Assembly (NCBI GenBank): GCA_032161105.1
Contig: JAVHTD010000028.1
Source: Candidatus Thermosaccharophagus tengchongensis
GTDB lineage: Bacteria > Armatimonadota > Fervidibacteria > Fervidibacterales > Thermosaccharophagaceae
Direction: 5' to 3' (one strand)
Length of the DNA stretch: 32,864 nucleotides
Position numbers and translations under genes: made by a program. Each line of letters starts with the position of its first letter. Positions within the stretch are counted from its first letter, which is position 1. Under the pieces are notes generated by a model. The model was not told the origin of the DNA. It saw only the letters and a program-made list of their open reading frames with translations, and did not search any database. Shown piece after piece: positions 7,538 to 17,667 of the stretch.

Positions 7538-8548
7538 ATGTCGTCATCTGATGAGGGAAAAGGGAGGGCAAAGGTGCGCGTTGCAGTGATCGGGTGCGGT
7601 GCGCATGCCAATTCCGTTCACTATCCATCGCTCACCGAGCTTGAAGATGTTGAGCTTGTTGGTGTGTGCGACCTTATCCCGGAGAGGCTTCATTCAACTG
7701 CCGACAAGTTTGGCATTGATGGGCGCTTCACCGATTACAAGAAGATGATTGAGCAAACTGCACCAGAAGCCGTCTATGTCATCATGCCACCGCATCAACT
7801 GTTTGATATCGTCGTGCATTGCCTTAGGCAGAAGTTGCATGTGTTCATTGAGAAGCCTCCGGGGGTGTATTCCGAGCAAACGCGCAACATGGCTAAGCTC
7901 GCCGAACGCAACGGGTGTTTGACCATGGTCGGGTTTAACAGGCGCTTCATACCGCTTCTCAGGTTGCTCAAGCGCTTTGTGGGAGAGAGGGGACAGATGC
8001 AACAATGCGTAGCCACCTTCTACAAGCACCATGTGGGTGGCGAACCATACTACGGTGGTGCTGTGGACATACTCACATGCGACGCCATACATGCAGTTGA
8101 TTCGCTCAGGTGGATGGCTGGCAGCGAAGCCAAAAATGTGGTGAGCAGCGTGAGGGCTGTGGCATGCGATTTCCCCGATAGCTTCAATGCGCTCATTGAA
8201 TTTGAAAATGGCTGTGTCGGTGTGCTGTTGGCAAACTGGGCTGCCGGCAAGAGGGTGCACACATTTGAGATGCACGGCATAGGGATATCGGCTTTTGCCA
8301 ATCCGGATCCGGATGGCGAGGGTGTGGTTTATGCAGAGAACGGCAAGTTCGTTAAGCGCATCACGCCACAGGAAGCAGCTATGAGCAATCAATGGCATAG
8401 GGTCTACGGCTTTTACGATGAGAATAAGCATTTCATTGACTGCATCAAATCTGGGACATTACCGCAGACGCATTTTGGCGATGCCGTCAAGACGATGGAG
8501 CTCGTTGATGCGATTTATCGCAACCGAATTTCACAGGCGATAATTTGA
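7538..8548 (+). CDS. Gfo/Idh/MocA family oxidoreductase
   Basis: VAVIGCG Rossmann motif, HVFIEKP, VGFNRRF and IHAVD. Start placed at ATG 7538 after a GGGGGTGA RBS. Confidence 0.92.
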   Translation: MSSSDEGKGRAKVRVAVIGCGAHANSVHYPSLTELEDVELVGVCDLIPERLHSTADKFGIDGRFTDYKKMIEQTAPEAVYVIMPPHQLFDIVVHCLRQKLHVFIEKPPGVYSEQTRNMAKLAERNGCLTMVGFNRRFIPLLRLLKRFVGERGQMQQCVATFYKHHVGGEPYYGGAVDILTCDAIHAVDSLRWMAGSEAKNVVSSVRAVACDFPDSFNALIEFENGCVGVLLANWAAGKRVHTFEMHGIGISAFANPDPDGEGVVYAENGKFVKRITPQEAAMSNQWHRVYGFYDENKHFIDCIKSGTLPQTHFGDAVKTMELVDAIYRNRISQAII

Positions 8549-8560
8549 CCGGCTTTATGC

Positions 8561-9340
8561 TCAGTCCGTCTGAGCTGCATGCAATTGCCCTTTCAGCCAA
8601 TCACATGTTATCCTGATGACATGCTCTTCGTGGTGGCATTTTGCGAATGTGTGGTCAGCGCCCTCAATAATGTGAAGGTCTGCCCTGTTACCGAGCGCCT
8701 CAGCATAAAGTTGAGCATCATCAACTGGCACGACCGTATCGTAAGAGCCGTGCACTATTAGTGCTCGCCCTTTGAAATGCGAGACCAGTTCAACCGGTTT
8801 CACATTTGGCAGCTCATCAAAGAATGCCCTGGATACTTTCAACCCGCCAATGTCAATCCAACCCTTTTCCTCAAGTTCGTTCATGGCATCGCCGCACAAG
8901 TGGCGCCTGAGTATCTCATTGGGGCGTGCAACTGCAGCCCAAAGGGCAAGCGCCTTTATGCGCTCATCAGTGGGTGCATAGCATGCCGCAATGCATCCGC
9001 CGAGGCTCAACCCGAGTAATGCTAACCGATTCGCATCCACACCCCCAACTGATGAAATGAAGTTGACGGCAGCACGCAGGTCTTCAAGTTCGCTCGTTAT
9101 TGTGATGTCACTGAAGTCGCCCTCGCTTTCGCCCGAGCCACGAAAGTCAAACCTGAATGCGGCTATACCATAGCGCACAAGCTCCCTTGCGGCTTTCACA
9201 AACAGCCTGTGCGCTTCAATTCTGTGCCCTGTAAAGCCGTGACAGAAAATAACGCACGGATAACAACCGCTGCCCGGAATGTGCAGCATCCCATAAAGGC
9301 TCATCCCGGCAACTTCAAATCTGACTTGCAATTCGCCCAT
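8561..9340 (-). CDS. Alpha/beta fold hydrolase
   Basis: CHGFTG, FDFRGSGES, nucleophile motif GLSLGG, HGSYDTVVP and GADH. ATG at 9340 is preceded by GGGTGA. Confidence 0.92.
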   Translation of the reverse strand: MGELQVRFEVAGMSLYGMLHIPGSGCYPCVIFCHGFTGHRIEAHRLFVKAARELVRYGIAAFRFDFRGSGESEGDFSDITITSELEDLRAAVNFISSVGGVDANRLALLGLSLGGCIAACYAPTDERIKALALWAAVARPNEILRRHLCGDAMNELEEKGWIDIGGLKVSRAFFDELPNVKPVELVSHFKGRALIVHGSYDTVVPVDDAQLYAEALGNRADLHIIEGADHTFAKCHHEEHVIRITCDWLKGQLHAAQTD

Positions 9341-9445
9341 CGCTTCAATCACCCGTTGGGTCAAAATGAATTGATGGCACTATGCCAAAGTATGAAGCAA
9401 TGTGGGTGTTGCAGCTTGGAGAACCACAGAACTTGGGGGCGAAGA

Positions 9446-11881
9446 ATGGCGATGTCGCAGATGGCATCCAGTTGGCGCGTTGCTGTGATGCTCGCCCTGT
9501 TTTCCGCTGTCGGTTGTGCGTGCGGGCTTGACCGGATCAAACTCTGCGATGAAGTGATGATTGACCCTGGGAGGACGCACACATGGGTTATCCATGTCCG
9601 AAAGCTTAATGGAAATGAAGCGGCTGCAGAGGAGCGTGCGAATGCCCTCATCATACCAGAGGGTAAAGCCGCTCTGCTTGAGATGTGGGCGAGGTTGCAT
9701 TATGAGCGGTTGGCTGGCTCAACAACGGCGATGGTGATAAGAATTAACGGCATGACTTTGGATGCCGAGCAGCTTGTTAACAAGCCGATGTCCTTTCAAA
9801 CTCGCGGCGGCGCTGCGCTCACATGGTATGGCAATGGCTCTTGGCGCATACTCTATAGCCACGACTTCAAAGCAGCCATTGAGGATGTATCAAGCCCATA
9901 CAGCGTCATTGGCGCCGACCCTTACAGGTTTGCGTTTGACATTGCGGACCTGCTCACGGATGGAAAAAACACAATAGCAGTAAGCCATACCATCCCGAGC
10001 ATAACGAGCAGGTTGATGCTAAGTGATGTTGTTGTGCGCGTTGGCGAAGTTGTGAAAGCCATGCGAAGGAGAGGCGATGAGCTGCCGACATATGTGCCGA
10101 GGGTGCCGCAGCCATTCGGCTATTCTGTGCAATGGCTTGATGGCGGCGGGATGAGGATGGACATTTTGGGTGAGCGCTTCCTCATAGGCACTGAGATATC
10201 CATTCCGGGCGGCGGTTGGCATATGCTCAGCGACGGCGAGTTGCGAGCACCTTGTCCCTTGCGCATCCAAATTGAGAGGCGAACGAAGCATCACCTCCTG
10301 ATGAGGGCTGAGTGCGTCCATTACTCAATTGAGCGCGCTGCTGAGTGCTACGGTGAGTGGATTGATGTGCATGATGAGATAAGGAACCTCACCGATGGTG
10401 AGCTGGGTGTTTGCATACGGCATGTCGTTGAGCCGGAAGATGGCAAGCCGAACAGCGTTTACTTGGGTGGGCTGAGGATACAATCGCATCAGTTCAAGCG
10501 CCGCAGCAGCAACATGACGGCACTGCTTGTCGGTGAGAGGGCAATGGTTGGCATTCTACCGCTTGACGATGTGTTTCGCCTCCACTGCGTCAATTTCAAA
10601 GAGGGCGATGCATGCGGCATTTCTGATTCAGAGCTTGTCCTGCCACCGAATGGGAGCATCAAAATGCGCTGGCGAGTTCACCCGTTGAGTCGTCCGAAGC
10701 CGATTGAGTTTGAGCCCGATGCCGACTATTGGGTGTTCATCAACTCGGTGCGCAGGGGGTTAAATGTCAATTTCACTTTGGACGGTCCGTTCGCTTTCCT
10801 CTCGCCAAAGATGCTCAAGTGGAATGACGAGGAGCTATTGCGTTGGCTTGAGTTGCGCAAGGTGAAGTTTGTATCAAGCACCATCGGGAGATTGCCCAAT
10901 GGAGGATATGCTCATGGGACTGCGTTCCTGAGCGCTAAGGGTGACCACGAGCTGTGGAAAGGGTTATTTGCGAGGGTGCGCTCGTTGCTTCCCAGCGTGA
11001 AATGCCTGATGTATTTTCACTGCTTCATCAGCACGGAGGGGGAGGCTTCGGAGAAATACCGTGACTCCCGCTTTCTGGATGCCTCCGGGAAGCAAGTTGC
11101 ATATCCTCACTCAACTTATCTGCCGCTATTCTACCCGACACTTAAGAACAGTTATGGGGCAATGGTTGCGCGCTATTTTGATTTGGCTCTGGATTGGATC
11201 GGCGCTGATGGTATCTATTGGGACGAGATTGAATACAGCGCCACGATGTGGACTTATGACTGTTGGGATGGATACAGCGCCGATATTCATCCAACCACAT
11301 TCTCAGTGCTGCGAAAGAAGGCAGCCATACCACTCCTGACACAGCAGTGGAAAGTGGCGCACGCTGAGAGGCTGCTCAAAGCCGGCAAGGTGATCATAGG
11401 CAATGGCATGCCGCTAACTGAGACGATGGCAAGGTTGTGCGTGCCGAGGTTTCGTGAGACGGCATCGCTCTTCAATTTGCTTGATAGCCACATATACACC
11501 CCACTTGGATTGGGCGATCACCTCACGCAGCGTGCCGAGCAGGATGTGATTGACCAGATAAGGAGAAACCTCAATTTCGGTGCGCTGTATTACTACTACT
11601 CCGCCGATGTTCCCCAATCGCATGCTAACTTGACCGAACATATGTTTCCATTCACGCCGTTGGAGCTACATCATGGCGTGTTAATCGGGCGAGAGCGCAT
11701 ACTCACAAATCGTTCGGGCATATTTGGGTGGGGCGAGAAAGCCAACATTAAGGTGTTCGTATACGATGACAGGGGCAGGCTCGTCCAATTTGAACCGACA
11801 ATTTACGATGACCATGATGCGACATTTGTCAAACTTAACTTGCCGCCTCGCTATGTAGCGGCGATAGTGAGGCAGCAGTAA
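9446..11881 (+). CDS. Large secreted hypothetical protein, glycoside-hydrolase-like
   Basis: ATG 9446 follows a GGGGG RBS. Signal peptide or possible lipobox (VMLALFSAVGC). Beta-sandwich-like FDIADLLTDGKNTIAV. Barrel-like DGIYWDE at 11207-11227. Confidence 0.6.
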   Translation: MAMSQMASSWRVAVMLALFSAVGCACGLDRIKLCDEVMIDPGRTHTWVIHVRKLNGNEAAAEERANALIIPEGKAALLEMWARLHYERLAGSTTAMVIRINGMTLDAEQLVNKPMSFQTRGGAALTWYGNGSWRILYSHDFKAAIEDVSSPYSVIGADPYRFAFDIADLLTDGKNTIAVSHTIPSITSRLMLSDVVVRVGEVVKAMRRRGDELPTYVPRVPQPFGYSVQWLDGGGMRMDILGERFLIGTEISIPGGGWHMLSDGELRAPCPLRIQIERRTKHHLLMRAECVHYSIERAAECYGEWIDVHDEIRNLTDGELGVCIRHVVEPEDGKPNSVYLGGLRIQSHQFKRRSSNMTALLVGERAMVGILPLDDVFRLHCVNFKEGDACGISDSELVLPPNGSIKMRWRVHPLSRPKPIEFEPDADYWVFINSVRRGLNVNFTLDGPFAFLSPKMLKWNDEELLRWLELRKVKFVSSTIGRLPNGGYAHGTAFLSAKGDHELWKGLFARVRSLLPSVKCLMYFHCFISTEGEASEKYRDSRFLDASGKQVAYPHSTYLPLFYPTLKNSYGAMVARYFDLALDWIGADGIYWDEIEYSATMWTYDCWDGYSADIHPTTFSVLRKKAAIPLLTQQWKVAHAERLLKAGKVIIGNGMPLTETMARLCVPRFRETASLFNLLDSHIYTPLGLGDHLTQRAEQDVIDQIRRNLNFGALYYYYSADVPQSHANLTEHMFPFTPLELHHGVLIGRERILTNRSGIFGWGEKANIKVFVYDDRGRLVQFEPTIYDDHDATFVKLNLPPRYVAAIVRQQ

Positions 11882-11966
11882 TGCCGTTGCATGAAGCCGA
11901 TGGAAAGCCCGATTGCAGTTGCTGGAGCCGCTTTTGAATCTTGTTTGAGCGGGGGCAAAGTCACTC

Positions 11967-12968
11967 GTGATGTGTGGGCAGTTGCCATCGTGGGCTATTA
12001 TCGGCGCTGGCGGGATAGGGCTCACATTCGCAACGATGCTCCGAGAGAGCGGTCACATTGTGTATCTCGTCTGCCGCCCCTGGCAGGTGGAGGCATTGCA
12101 ATCTGAGGGCGCATTTGTCGTCGGTCTATTCGGTGAGCATCACTCTCACCCGCTCGTGGTTGACGATGTGGCTGCATTGCCATCTGGGCTTGATGTTTAC
12201 GGCGTGGCGACAAAGGCATATGATACCGAGGCAGTGGCTGCATCGCTTGCGAAAGTCATTCATCAAAGCGCTATCGTGGTGTCACTCCAAAATGGTCTTG
12301 GCAATGTGGAAGCTCTTATGGCTGCATTGCCGCATTGCCGAGTCCTCGGCGCCCGCATCATCTTCGGAGCTGAGCGAATTGGCGCAAACAGGGCTAAGGT
12401 GACGGTGTGCGCTGATGATGTAGTTGTTGCCCCCCTCGGAAGGAGTGAATGGGTTGAGGATGCGAAGCTTGTGGCATCATCCTGTAGTTACTCTGGCATA
12501 CCGTGCCGAAGCGACCTTGACATAGCGCCATGGCTGTGGGCAAAGGTGCTATACAATGCCGCGCTTAACCCATTGGGTGCCCTTCTTAACATGACATACG
12601 GTGAGTTGGCTGAGAACGAAATTACCCGTGCAGCGATGAACGCCGTGATTGAAGAGGCTTTCTCTGTTGCAAGTGCAGTTGGTGCGCCGCTTCAATGGCA
12701 CAGCGCCAAAGAGTATATTGAGCACTTCTATGGCAGGCTTGTGCCACCAACTGCCGCGCATAGGTCTTCAATGCTTCAGGATTTGGAAGCTGGGAAGCGC
12801 ACCGAGATTGATGCGCTGAATGGCGCTATAGTCCGCCTCGGGGAGCAACACGGCATACGAACGCCGATAAATTCGGCTTTGGTAAAGTGGATGAAGAGGC
12901 GTGAGAGGGGTGAATGGATTGACGCAGAGCAGCTGCAAGCTGAGCTCAAGTCCGTTCTCAACTTGTGA
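11967..12968 (+). CDS. panE: 2-dehydropantoate 2-reductase (ketopantoate reductase family)
   Basis: IIGAGGIG, ATKAYD, SLQNGLG, WAKVLYNAALNPL and SSMLQDLEAGKRTEIDALNG. Confidence 0.92.
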   Translation: MMCGQLPSWAIIGAGGIGLTFATMLRESGHIVYLVCRPWQVEALQSEGAFVVGLFGEHHSHPLVVDDVAALPSGLDVYGVATKAYDTEAVAASLAKVIHQSAIVVSLQNGLGNVEALMAALPHCRVLGARIIFGAERIGANRAKVTVCADDVVVAPLGRSEWVEDAKLVASSCSYSGIPCRSDLDIAPWLWAKVLYNAALNPLGALLNMTYGELAENEITRAAMNAVIEEAFSVASAVGAPLQWHSAKEYIEHFYGRLVPPTAAHRSSMLQDLEAGKRTEIDALNGAIVRLGEQHGIRTPINSALVKWMKRRERGEWIDAEQLQAELKSVLNL

Positions 12969-12990
12969 TAACACTGCAGCTGATGCTGCG

Positions 12991-13884
12991 GTGGAAGTGC
13001 TCAATGCCATTTTTGCTGCGGCGCTTATCATGCTCATCGCCATCGCGAGCTTGGGCTGCGGGAGAAGGGACATCGTTGCAAGTGTTGACGGGGAGGCAAT
13101 TTACAGGGATGAGTTTGAGGTTGAGTTGCTGAAAAGGGCAGGTGAACATGTGCTTAGGGAGATCATCACCGAGAGGCTCATAAGGCGCGAGGCTGAGAGG
13201 AAGGGCATTTCCGTTAGCCGCTCAGAAGTGGATGCCGAAATTAAACGCAGGCAATTGAGGCAAGGTGACAAGGCAAGTTTGGAGGAGTTGAAGCGTGAAG
13301 TTGAGCTCAGTTTGTTGCTGAGGAAGTTGTGCATGAGCGACCCGCAAGCCATGCCGAGCACGCATGAGGTCATCAGCTATTACGAGAGTCACAAGGATGA
13401 GTTCACAATCCCTGAGAGGGTGAAGCTGCGCTGCATCGTCGCTGATGATTTGAGCAGCGCCATGAGCATATACGATGCTGTGATGCGCGCCAAAGATAGC
13501 TTTGCCGAATTGGCTTGCGAGTTGTCCGTTGATGAGGCGACTAAGGACAAGGGCGGAGATATGGGCGTTTTAATTGTGCGCAATCTTTCGCCGAAGCTGC
13601 GCGCCGCAGTTGAAGGGATGAGTGTCGGCGATGTGAGCAAGCCGTTTGAGCTTGATGGGCGTTGGTGGATAATCAAACTTGAGGGGCGCATGCCAGCACG
13701 ACAACAATCAATTGATGATGTGCGCGTGATGATATCGCAAATGCTGCGCGAGCAGAAGGCACAGGCGTTGCAACCGATTTACATACGCAGGCTATGGGAG
13801 AGGGCTCGCGTGGAAGTATACATTCCAGAGCTCAGCAAGCGCATCTTGGGAAATCGCTCACGGGTTGGAGGGCACGCAAGGTAA
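12991..13884 (+). CDS. PrsA/SurA-like parvulin peptidyl-prolyl isomerase, probable lipoprotein
   Basis: Lipobox-like IASLGC, VASVDGEAI, YYESHKDEF and FAELACELSVDEATKDKGGDMG. Start is probably GTG 12991 or 12997. Confidence 0.85.
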   Translation: MEVLNAIFAAALIMLIAIASLGCGRRDIVASVDGEAIYRDEFEVELLKRAGEHVLREIITERLIRREAERKGISVSRSEVDAEIKRRQLRQGDKASLEELKREVELSLLLRKLCMSDPQAMPSTHEVISYYESHKDEFTIPERVKLRCIVADDLSSAMSIYDAVMRAKDSFAELACELSVDEATKDKGGDMGVLIVRNLSPKLRAAVEGMSVGDVSKPFELDGRWWIIKLEGRMPARQQSIDDVRVMISQMLREQKAQALQPIYIRRLWERARVEVYIPELSKRILGNRSRVGGHAR

Positions 13885-13964
13885 TGGGTGTGGAGGATAA
13901 CCCAGCTGATGAATTGTCCAATGGCGGGTGCCATGTCTCCCCCCAAAATGCGTGGTGATGGGAT

Positions 13965-14303
13965 GTGAGCGATGAGCGCTCGTCAGGCGAACTTACGCCA
14001 GAGGAGCTTGAAGCGCAAATTGAGAGGTTAATTGATGAGGTTCTCGGTGGGGAGCCGAGGGCGGAGCAGTGGCGTGAATGGCGTCAGGCGCTTGAAAAGC
14101 GATTGAAGCATTTGCGAGAGATGCGCTCAAAGGGCATCAATGAGTTTGAGAACATGGACGAGGTCATACGGGACATTGAGGAGAAGGTGAGGGTATTGCG
14201 TGAGGAGGAAATCATCACTGAGTTCGTTGAGCAGCAGGTGAGGGCGATCATTGGCAAACTTAGGCTGCAAAGGAGGCTTGGCGAGGAAATTGAGCTCATT
14301 TGA
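13965..14303 (+). CDS. Hypothetical helical/coiled-coil protein
   Basis: 112-aa ORF with a GGTGA RBS, Glu/Arg-rich helical composition and coding-like bias. Co-oriented with the upstream operon. Confidence 0.7.
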   Translation: MSDERSSGELTPEELEAQIERLIDEVLGGEPRAEQWREWRQALEKRLKHLREMRSKGINEFENMDEVIRDIEEKVRVLREEEIITEFVEQQVRAIIGKLRLQRRLGEEIELI

Positions 14304-14352
14304 GCGGCGCTTCTTCGCCGTCCATCTTCGTTACGACTTTGAATGGGAGGCG

Positions 14353-14904
14353 CTAATCTGGACGTTCAGTTGAGATATCTGTTTCTTCGCTCGTGGAAGC
14401 AATCTCACGCTCAAGCTCTTCACGGCTGTTTGAGATGATCTCCCTCAACTTGTTCACAGTCTGCTCAAGCTTGTTCAAGACCTTCAACGCATACTCAAGC
14501 GCTTCACTTCTCCTCCTTGATGCCTCTTCACTGGCTCGCCTGCGCTTCTCATCAGCCATTTGCTCAGCTCGCCTGAGCAACTCGTCAGCCTTCTGCTCGG
14601 CTGATTTCATTATCTCGCTCTCCGCGACTTTTCTCTCAGCCTCACGCTGTGCACGCTCAAGTATGCGCTGTCTCTCCTCCTCGGCTTCACGAACGATTCT
14701 TTCTGCCTCCTCCTGTGCGGCTCGTATGCGCTTATCGCGCTCTCTAACGATCTCTTCAGCCATGCGCAACTCGCTTGGCAGGGCAACTTCAATCCTCCTG
14801 AGCAGCACCGATATCTTTTGCTCGTCAACTAAGCGCCAGTGTCCAAACCCTTTGCTCCGCTCTATTTGCGTTTCAAGTTCCTTGAGCAGATTTCGGATTT
14901 GCAT
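14353..14904 (-). CDS. Coiled-coil protein of the family usually found downstream of coaD (SepIVA/DivIVA-like, often annotated as ATPase subunit-like)
   Basis: LPSELRMAEEIVRERDKRIRAAQEEAERIV pattern. ATG 14904 is 1 nt after the coaD stop. Conserved rsmD-coaD-X order. Confidence 0.75.
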   Translation of the reverse strand: MQIRNLLKELETQIERSKGFGHWRLVDEQKISVLLRRIEVALPSELRMAEEIVRERDKRIRAAQEEAERIVREAEEERQRILERAQREAERKVAESEIMKSAEQKADELLRRAEQMADEKRRRASEEASRRRSEALEYALKVLNKLEQTVNKLREIISNSREELEREIASTSEETDISTERPD

Positions 14905-14905
14905 T

Positions 14906-15415
14906 TCATAGTCCTGAATGGCTGATGCACCCCCTTTCAACCAGCTTCTCCCTCAACCTCGGCAGAACTGGTGGCGGGACTAATCCCTCAATGCACCCGC
15001 CAAGCATCGCCACCTCTTTTATGAGGCTTGAGCTGAGATAGGCATACTCAAGGCTTGTCATGATGAACACCGTCTCAATATCGGGAGCGAGCTTTCGGTT
15101 CATGGATGCCATTTGAAACTCGTAATCAAAGTCCGAGATGGCTCGCAGCCCTTTGACTATGACCTTCGCGCCAACGCTGCGGGCGAATTCAACGAGCAAG
15201 CCATTGAATGTCTCCACACTCACATTCGGCAAATGTGCACATGCTTCCCTAACCATCTGTGCCCTCTCCTCAAGCGAGAACAAAGGCTGTTTGGCTGGGT
15301 TTGTGGCGACAGCAACGATGAGCTCGTCAAATATCCTTGCAGCTCTCTCAATCACATCCAAGTGACCGTTTGTAATGGGGTCAAATGTTCCCGGATAAAC
15401 TGCTCTTGCCACCAT
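14906..15415 (-). CDS. coaD: Pantetheine-phosphate adenylyltransferase
   Basis: [32 protein letters not shown] and LSSSLIKE. Confidence 0.97.
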   Translation of the reverse strand: MVARAVYPGTFDPITNGHLDVIERAARIFDELIVAVATNPAKQPLFSLEERAQMVREACAHLPNVSVETFNGLLVEFARSVGAKVIVKGLRAISDFDYEFQMASMNRKLAPDIETVFIMTSLEYAYLSSSLIKEVAMLGGCIEGLVPPPVLPRLREKLVERGCISHSGL

Positions 15416-15487
15416 TATCACCCTGTGCCAATGTGATGACTTTCAGTATGACCGTTGGATGATGAAAATGTGCCTTGCACACCAAAC

Positions 15488-16060
15488 TCAAGCCATACCG
15501 TCGCTGCGATTGACAACATAAAAGCTGAAAGCCGTCTCACCGACGCAGTGCCTCTTGATGAGCCTCAATAGACCGCACTCAACCGGCAAGGATTGCCTCA
15601 CCGAATGTTGAATGATGACAAGACCGCGCTCGGTAAGCAAGTCAGCGTTATCCGAAAACCATTGCAGCAGCTTCATTGTGAGCTGTCCCTCATAAGGTGG
15701 GTCAGCGAAAACGATGTCAAACCTTTCCCCAGCCTTCATCAACCGCTTGAGAGCCAATAGCGCATCTGAATGCATCACCGTTGCCTGCCGTTCACAATTG
15801 CATCTGGCGATGTTCTTTTTTAACGCCGCAACGCATGCGGCATCGCGCTCAATGAACACAACATTTTCAGCGCCCCTGCTGAGCGCCTCCAAGCCAACGG
15901 TGCCCACACCGGCACACACATCAAGGAAACGGCAACCGACGATATGCTCTCGCAAGATGTTAAACAGCGCTTCTCTTGCCATGTCGGATGTTGGGCGCAA
16001 ACCCTTTAATGCTGGTGCTGTCAACTTCCTGCCGCGCAGCCTCCCAGAGATTATGCGCAT
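15488..16060 (-). CDS. rsmD: 16S rRNA (guanine(966)-N2)-methyltransferase
   Basis: MRIISGRLRGRKL, RPTSDMAREALFN, LEALSRGA and FADPPY. Adjacent to coaD. Confidence 0.95.
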   Translation of the reverse strand: MRIISGRLRGRKLTAPALKGLRPTSDMAREALFNILREHIVGCRFLDVCAGVGTVGLEALSRGAENVVFIERDAACVAALKKNIARCNCERQATVMHSDALLALKRLMKAGERFDIVFADPPYEGQLTMKLLQWFSDNADLLTERGLVIIQHSVRQSLPVECGLLRLIKRHCVGETAFSFYVVNRSDGMA

Positions 16061-16078
16061 GCCTCTCACCGGGAGCAG

Positions 16079-16507
16079 TCAGACTAACCCATAAATTGGC
16101 AGCGGTATTTTCATCCCAAAGATGATGCAAAGGCGAATCACCCAACACAGCAACAAGCACACCATGAAGGCAATGAGTATCGTCCTTATCGCCCTCTCGT
16201 TAAACCTGAGAAGCCTCTTTCCCGTCATCGCCTCAAGTGAGAGCGCAAGCGCGCCTCCAACTTCGGCTGCAAACAAAACTACTCCCATAGGGTGCCACGA
16301 AAATGCCTCCTTGAATCTCCCGTGAGCTGCTGCAAACAGCGACCTCGTCATGCCGCATGATGGGCATGGCAACCCGCTAAATTTGTGAAACATGCACTGC
16401 CACAGCTTAGGTGGCTGGCTTAGAAACGCCATCCAAGTTATTGTGCCAAACAAAACCAACGCCGCTATTAGCCTCTGTCCTCTAAAGCTCAAAAGCCACT
16501 TAGCCAT
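16079..16507 (-). CDS. DUF2752 family membrane protein
   Basis: CMFHKFSGLPCPSCGMTRS motif with flanking TM helices. Confidence 0.85.
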   Translation of the reverse strand: MAKWLLSFRGQRLIAALVLFGTITWMAFLSQPPKLWQCMFHKFSGLPCPSCGMTRSLFAAAHGRFKEAFSWHPMGVVLFAAEVGGALALSLEAMTGKRLLRFNERAIRTILIAFMVCLLLCWVIRLCIIFGMKIPLPIYGLV

Positions 16508-16785
16508 GCCTTAACCCACCGGTATACACGACCCCCATTTCGCCCGTGGTGAAGCTTAATGCAGTTCTTCAACGGTGTGTTCGCGCAGCGGACAATTCAA
16601 CTTCACGGCAATACCCCCTCCCCCTCTCCGTGTTGAAGCCACCTCATCACCGATAACGCGGGCGCATTGTTGGATGCAGCGATGCTGACCTATATGGCTC
16701 ATCAATTCATATGGTGACAACATTTCGCTGTGAAGGGAAATGGCTTGCATGGCTGATGTATCATCAACACTTGGGTGGACAAATC

Positions 16786-17490
16786 ATGGTCGGCAGACTC
16801 GCCAGAATAAATCCTTGGGATGAGTTTGTGAGTGCCCTATCCGAGTGTGAGGATATAGCGCAGTGTGCGGCTGTGCTCGGGCGCGAGTTCTACAATGATG
16901 ATGTGCGTCGTGTGGCGATGCGCATTCTGGGCAAGCTCCTTATGCGCGAGATTGATGGCACGATTTGCGGCGGCATAATCGTTGAAGTTGAAGCTTACCT
17001 TGCAAGCGGCGACCCGGCAAATCATGCCTATCGCGGTTTGACCGAACGCAACCGGTCAATGTTTGGACCTCCCGGATGCGCCTATGTTTACCGAATCCAT
17101 CAACAGCACTGCTTAAATGTGGTCACCGAACCAGAGGGGATACCGAGCGCTGTGCTCATACGAGCCATACAGCCAATCTGGGGAGTTGAAATGATGCTAT
17201 CCAACAGGGGTAGAAGAACCGTTTGCGGCTTGACTGACGGACCGGGTAAAGTCTGTCAGGCGCTTAAAATAGACCTTCGCTACGATGGGTGGGATTTGAC
17301 CCTCGGGAAGGAGTTATGGGTTGCCGAGTTGCCATGCGAGATCAATCCGCCGGAATTTGTGATCGCCGTTTCGGAGCGAGTTGGTGTCACCGCGGCAAAG
17401 GAGCTGCTTCTTCGCTTCTTCGTCCTCGGGAATGAGTTCGTCAGCAAGCCAATAAATGCGCGCAAGTTCGTTAGATGCAGTGACCTTTAG
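16786..17490 (+). CDS. mpg: DNA-3-methyladenine glycosylase (MPG/AAG family)
   Basis: IVEVEAY, MFGPPGCAYVY, AVLIRA, LTDGPGKVCQAL and RVGV. Start uncertain; ATG 16786 follows GGGTGGA. Confidence 0.93.
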   Translation: MVGRLARINPWDEFVSALSECEDIAQCAAVLGREFYNDDVRRVAMRILGKLLMREIDGTICGGIIVEVEAYLASGDPANHAYRGLTERNRSMFGPPGCAYVYRIHQQHCLNVVTEPEGIPSAVLIRAIQPIWGVEMMLSNRGRRTVCGLTDGPGKVCQALKIDLRYDGWDLTLGKELWVAELPCEINPPEFVIAVSERVGVTAAKELLLRFFVLGNEFVSKPINARKFVRCSDL

Positions 17491-17667
17491 CCGGCAAGGT
17501 TTTTATCGGGTTTGCTTCAGCTGGTTCTCGTGGCGAGAATGGTCTGGAGCGCGTTGGCATTCAATTTGGCGTGCTTGCGGCGTTAAAATGGTCAGCTTGA
17601 AGCGGGACGCAGTCAGTGGTAGCAGTTTTCAATTTTGATGTGCTTGCCATCCCAAGGGGTGATCGGA

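Noticed and set aside
7694..8431. 245-aa antisense ORF
   Set aside because: Shadow of the well-supported Gfo/Idh/MocA gene, with no recognisable motifs.
9209..9445. N-terminal extension of the 890-aa ORF
   Set aside because: It overlaps the divergent hydrolase gene. The RBS and signal peptide support a start at 9446.
12901..12990. Long overlap of the PPIase ORF with panE
   Set aside because: The signal peptide begins near 12991-12997, so the extension is an ORF-caller artefact.
14305..14321. Weak GC hairpin between convergent genes
   Set aside because: Short imperfect stem with no clear U-tract; too weak to call a terminator.
14393..14911. 172-aa Ser-rich plus-strand ORF
   Set aside because: Antisense shadow of the Glu/Arg-rich coiled-coil gene.
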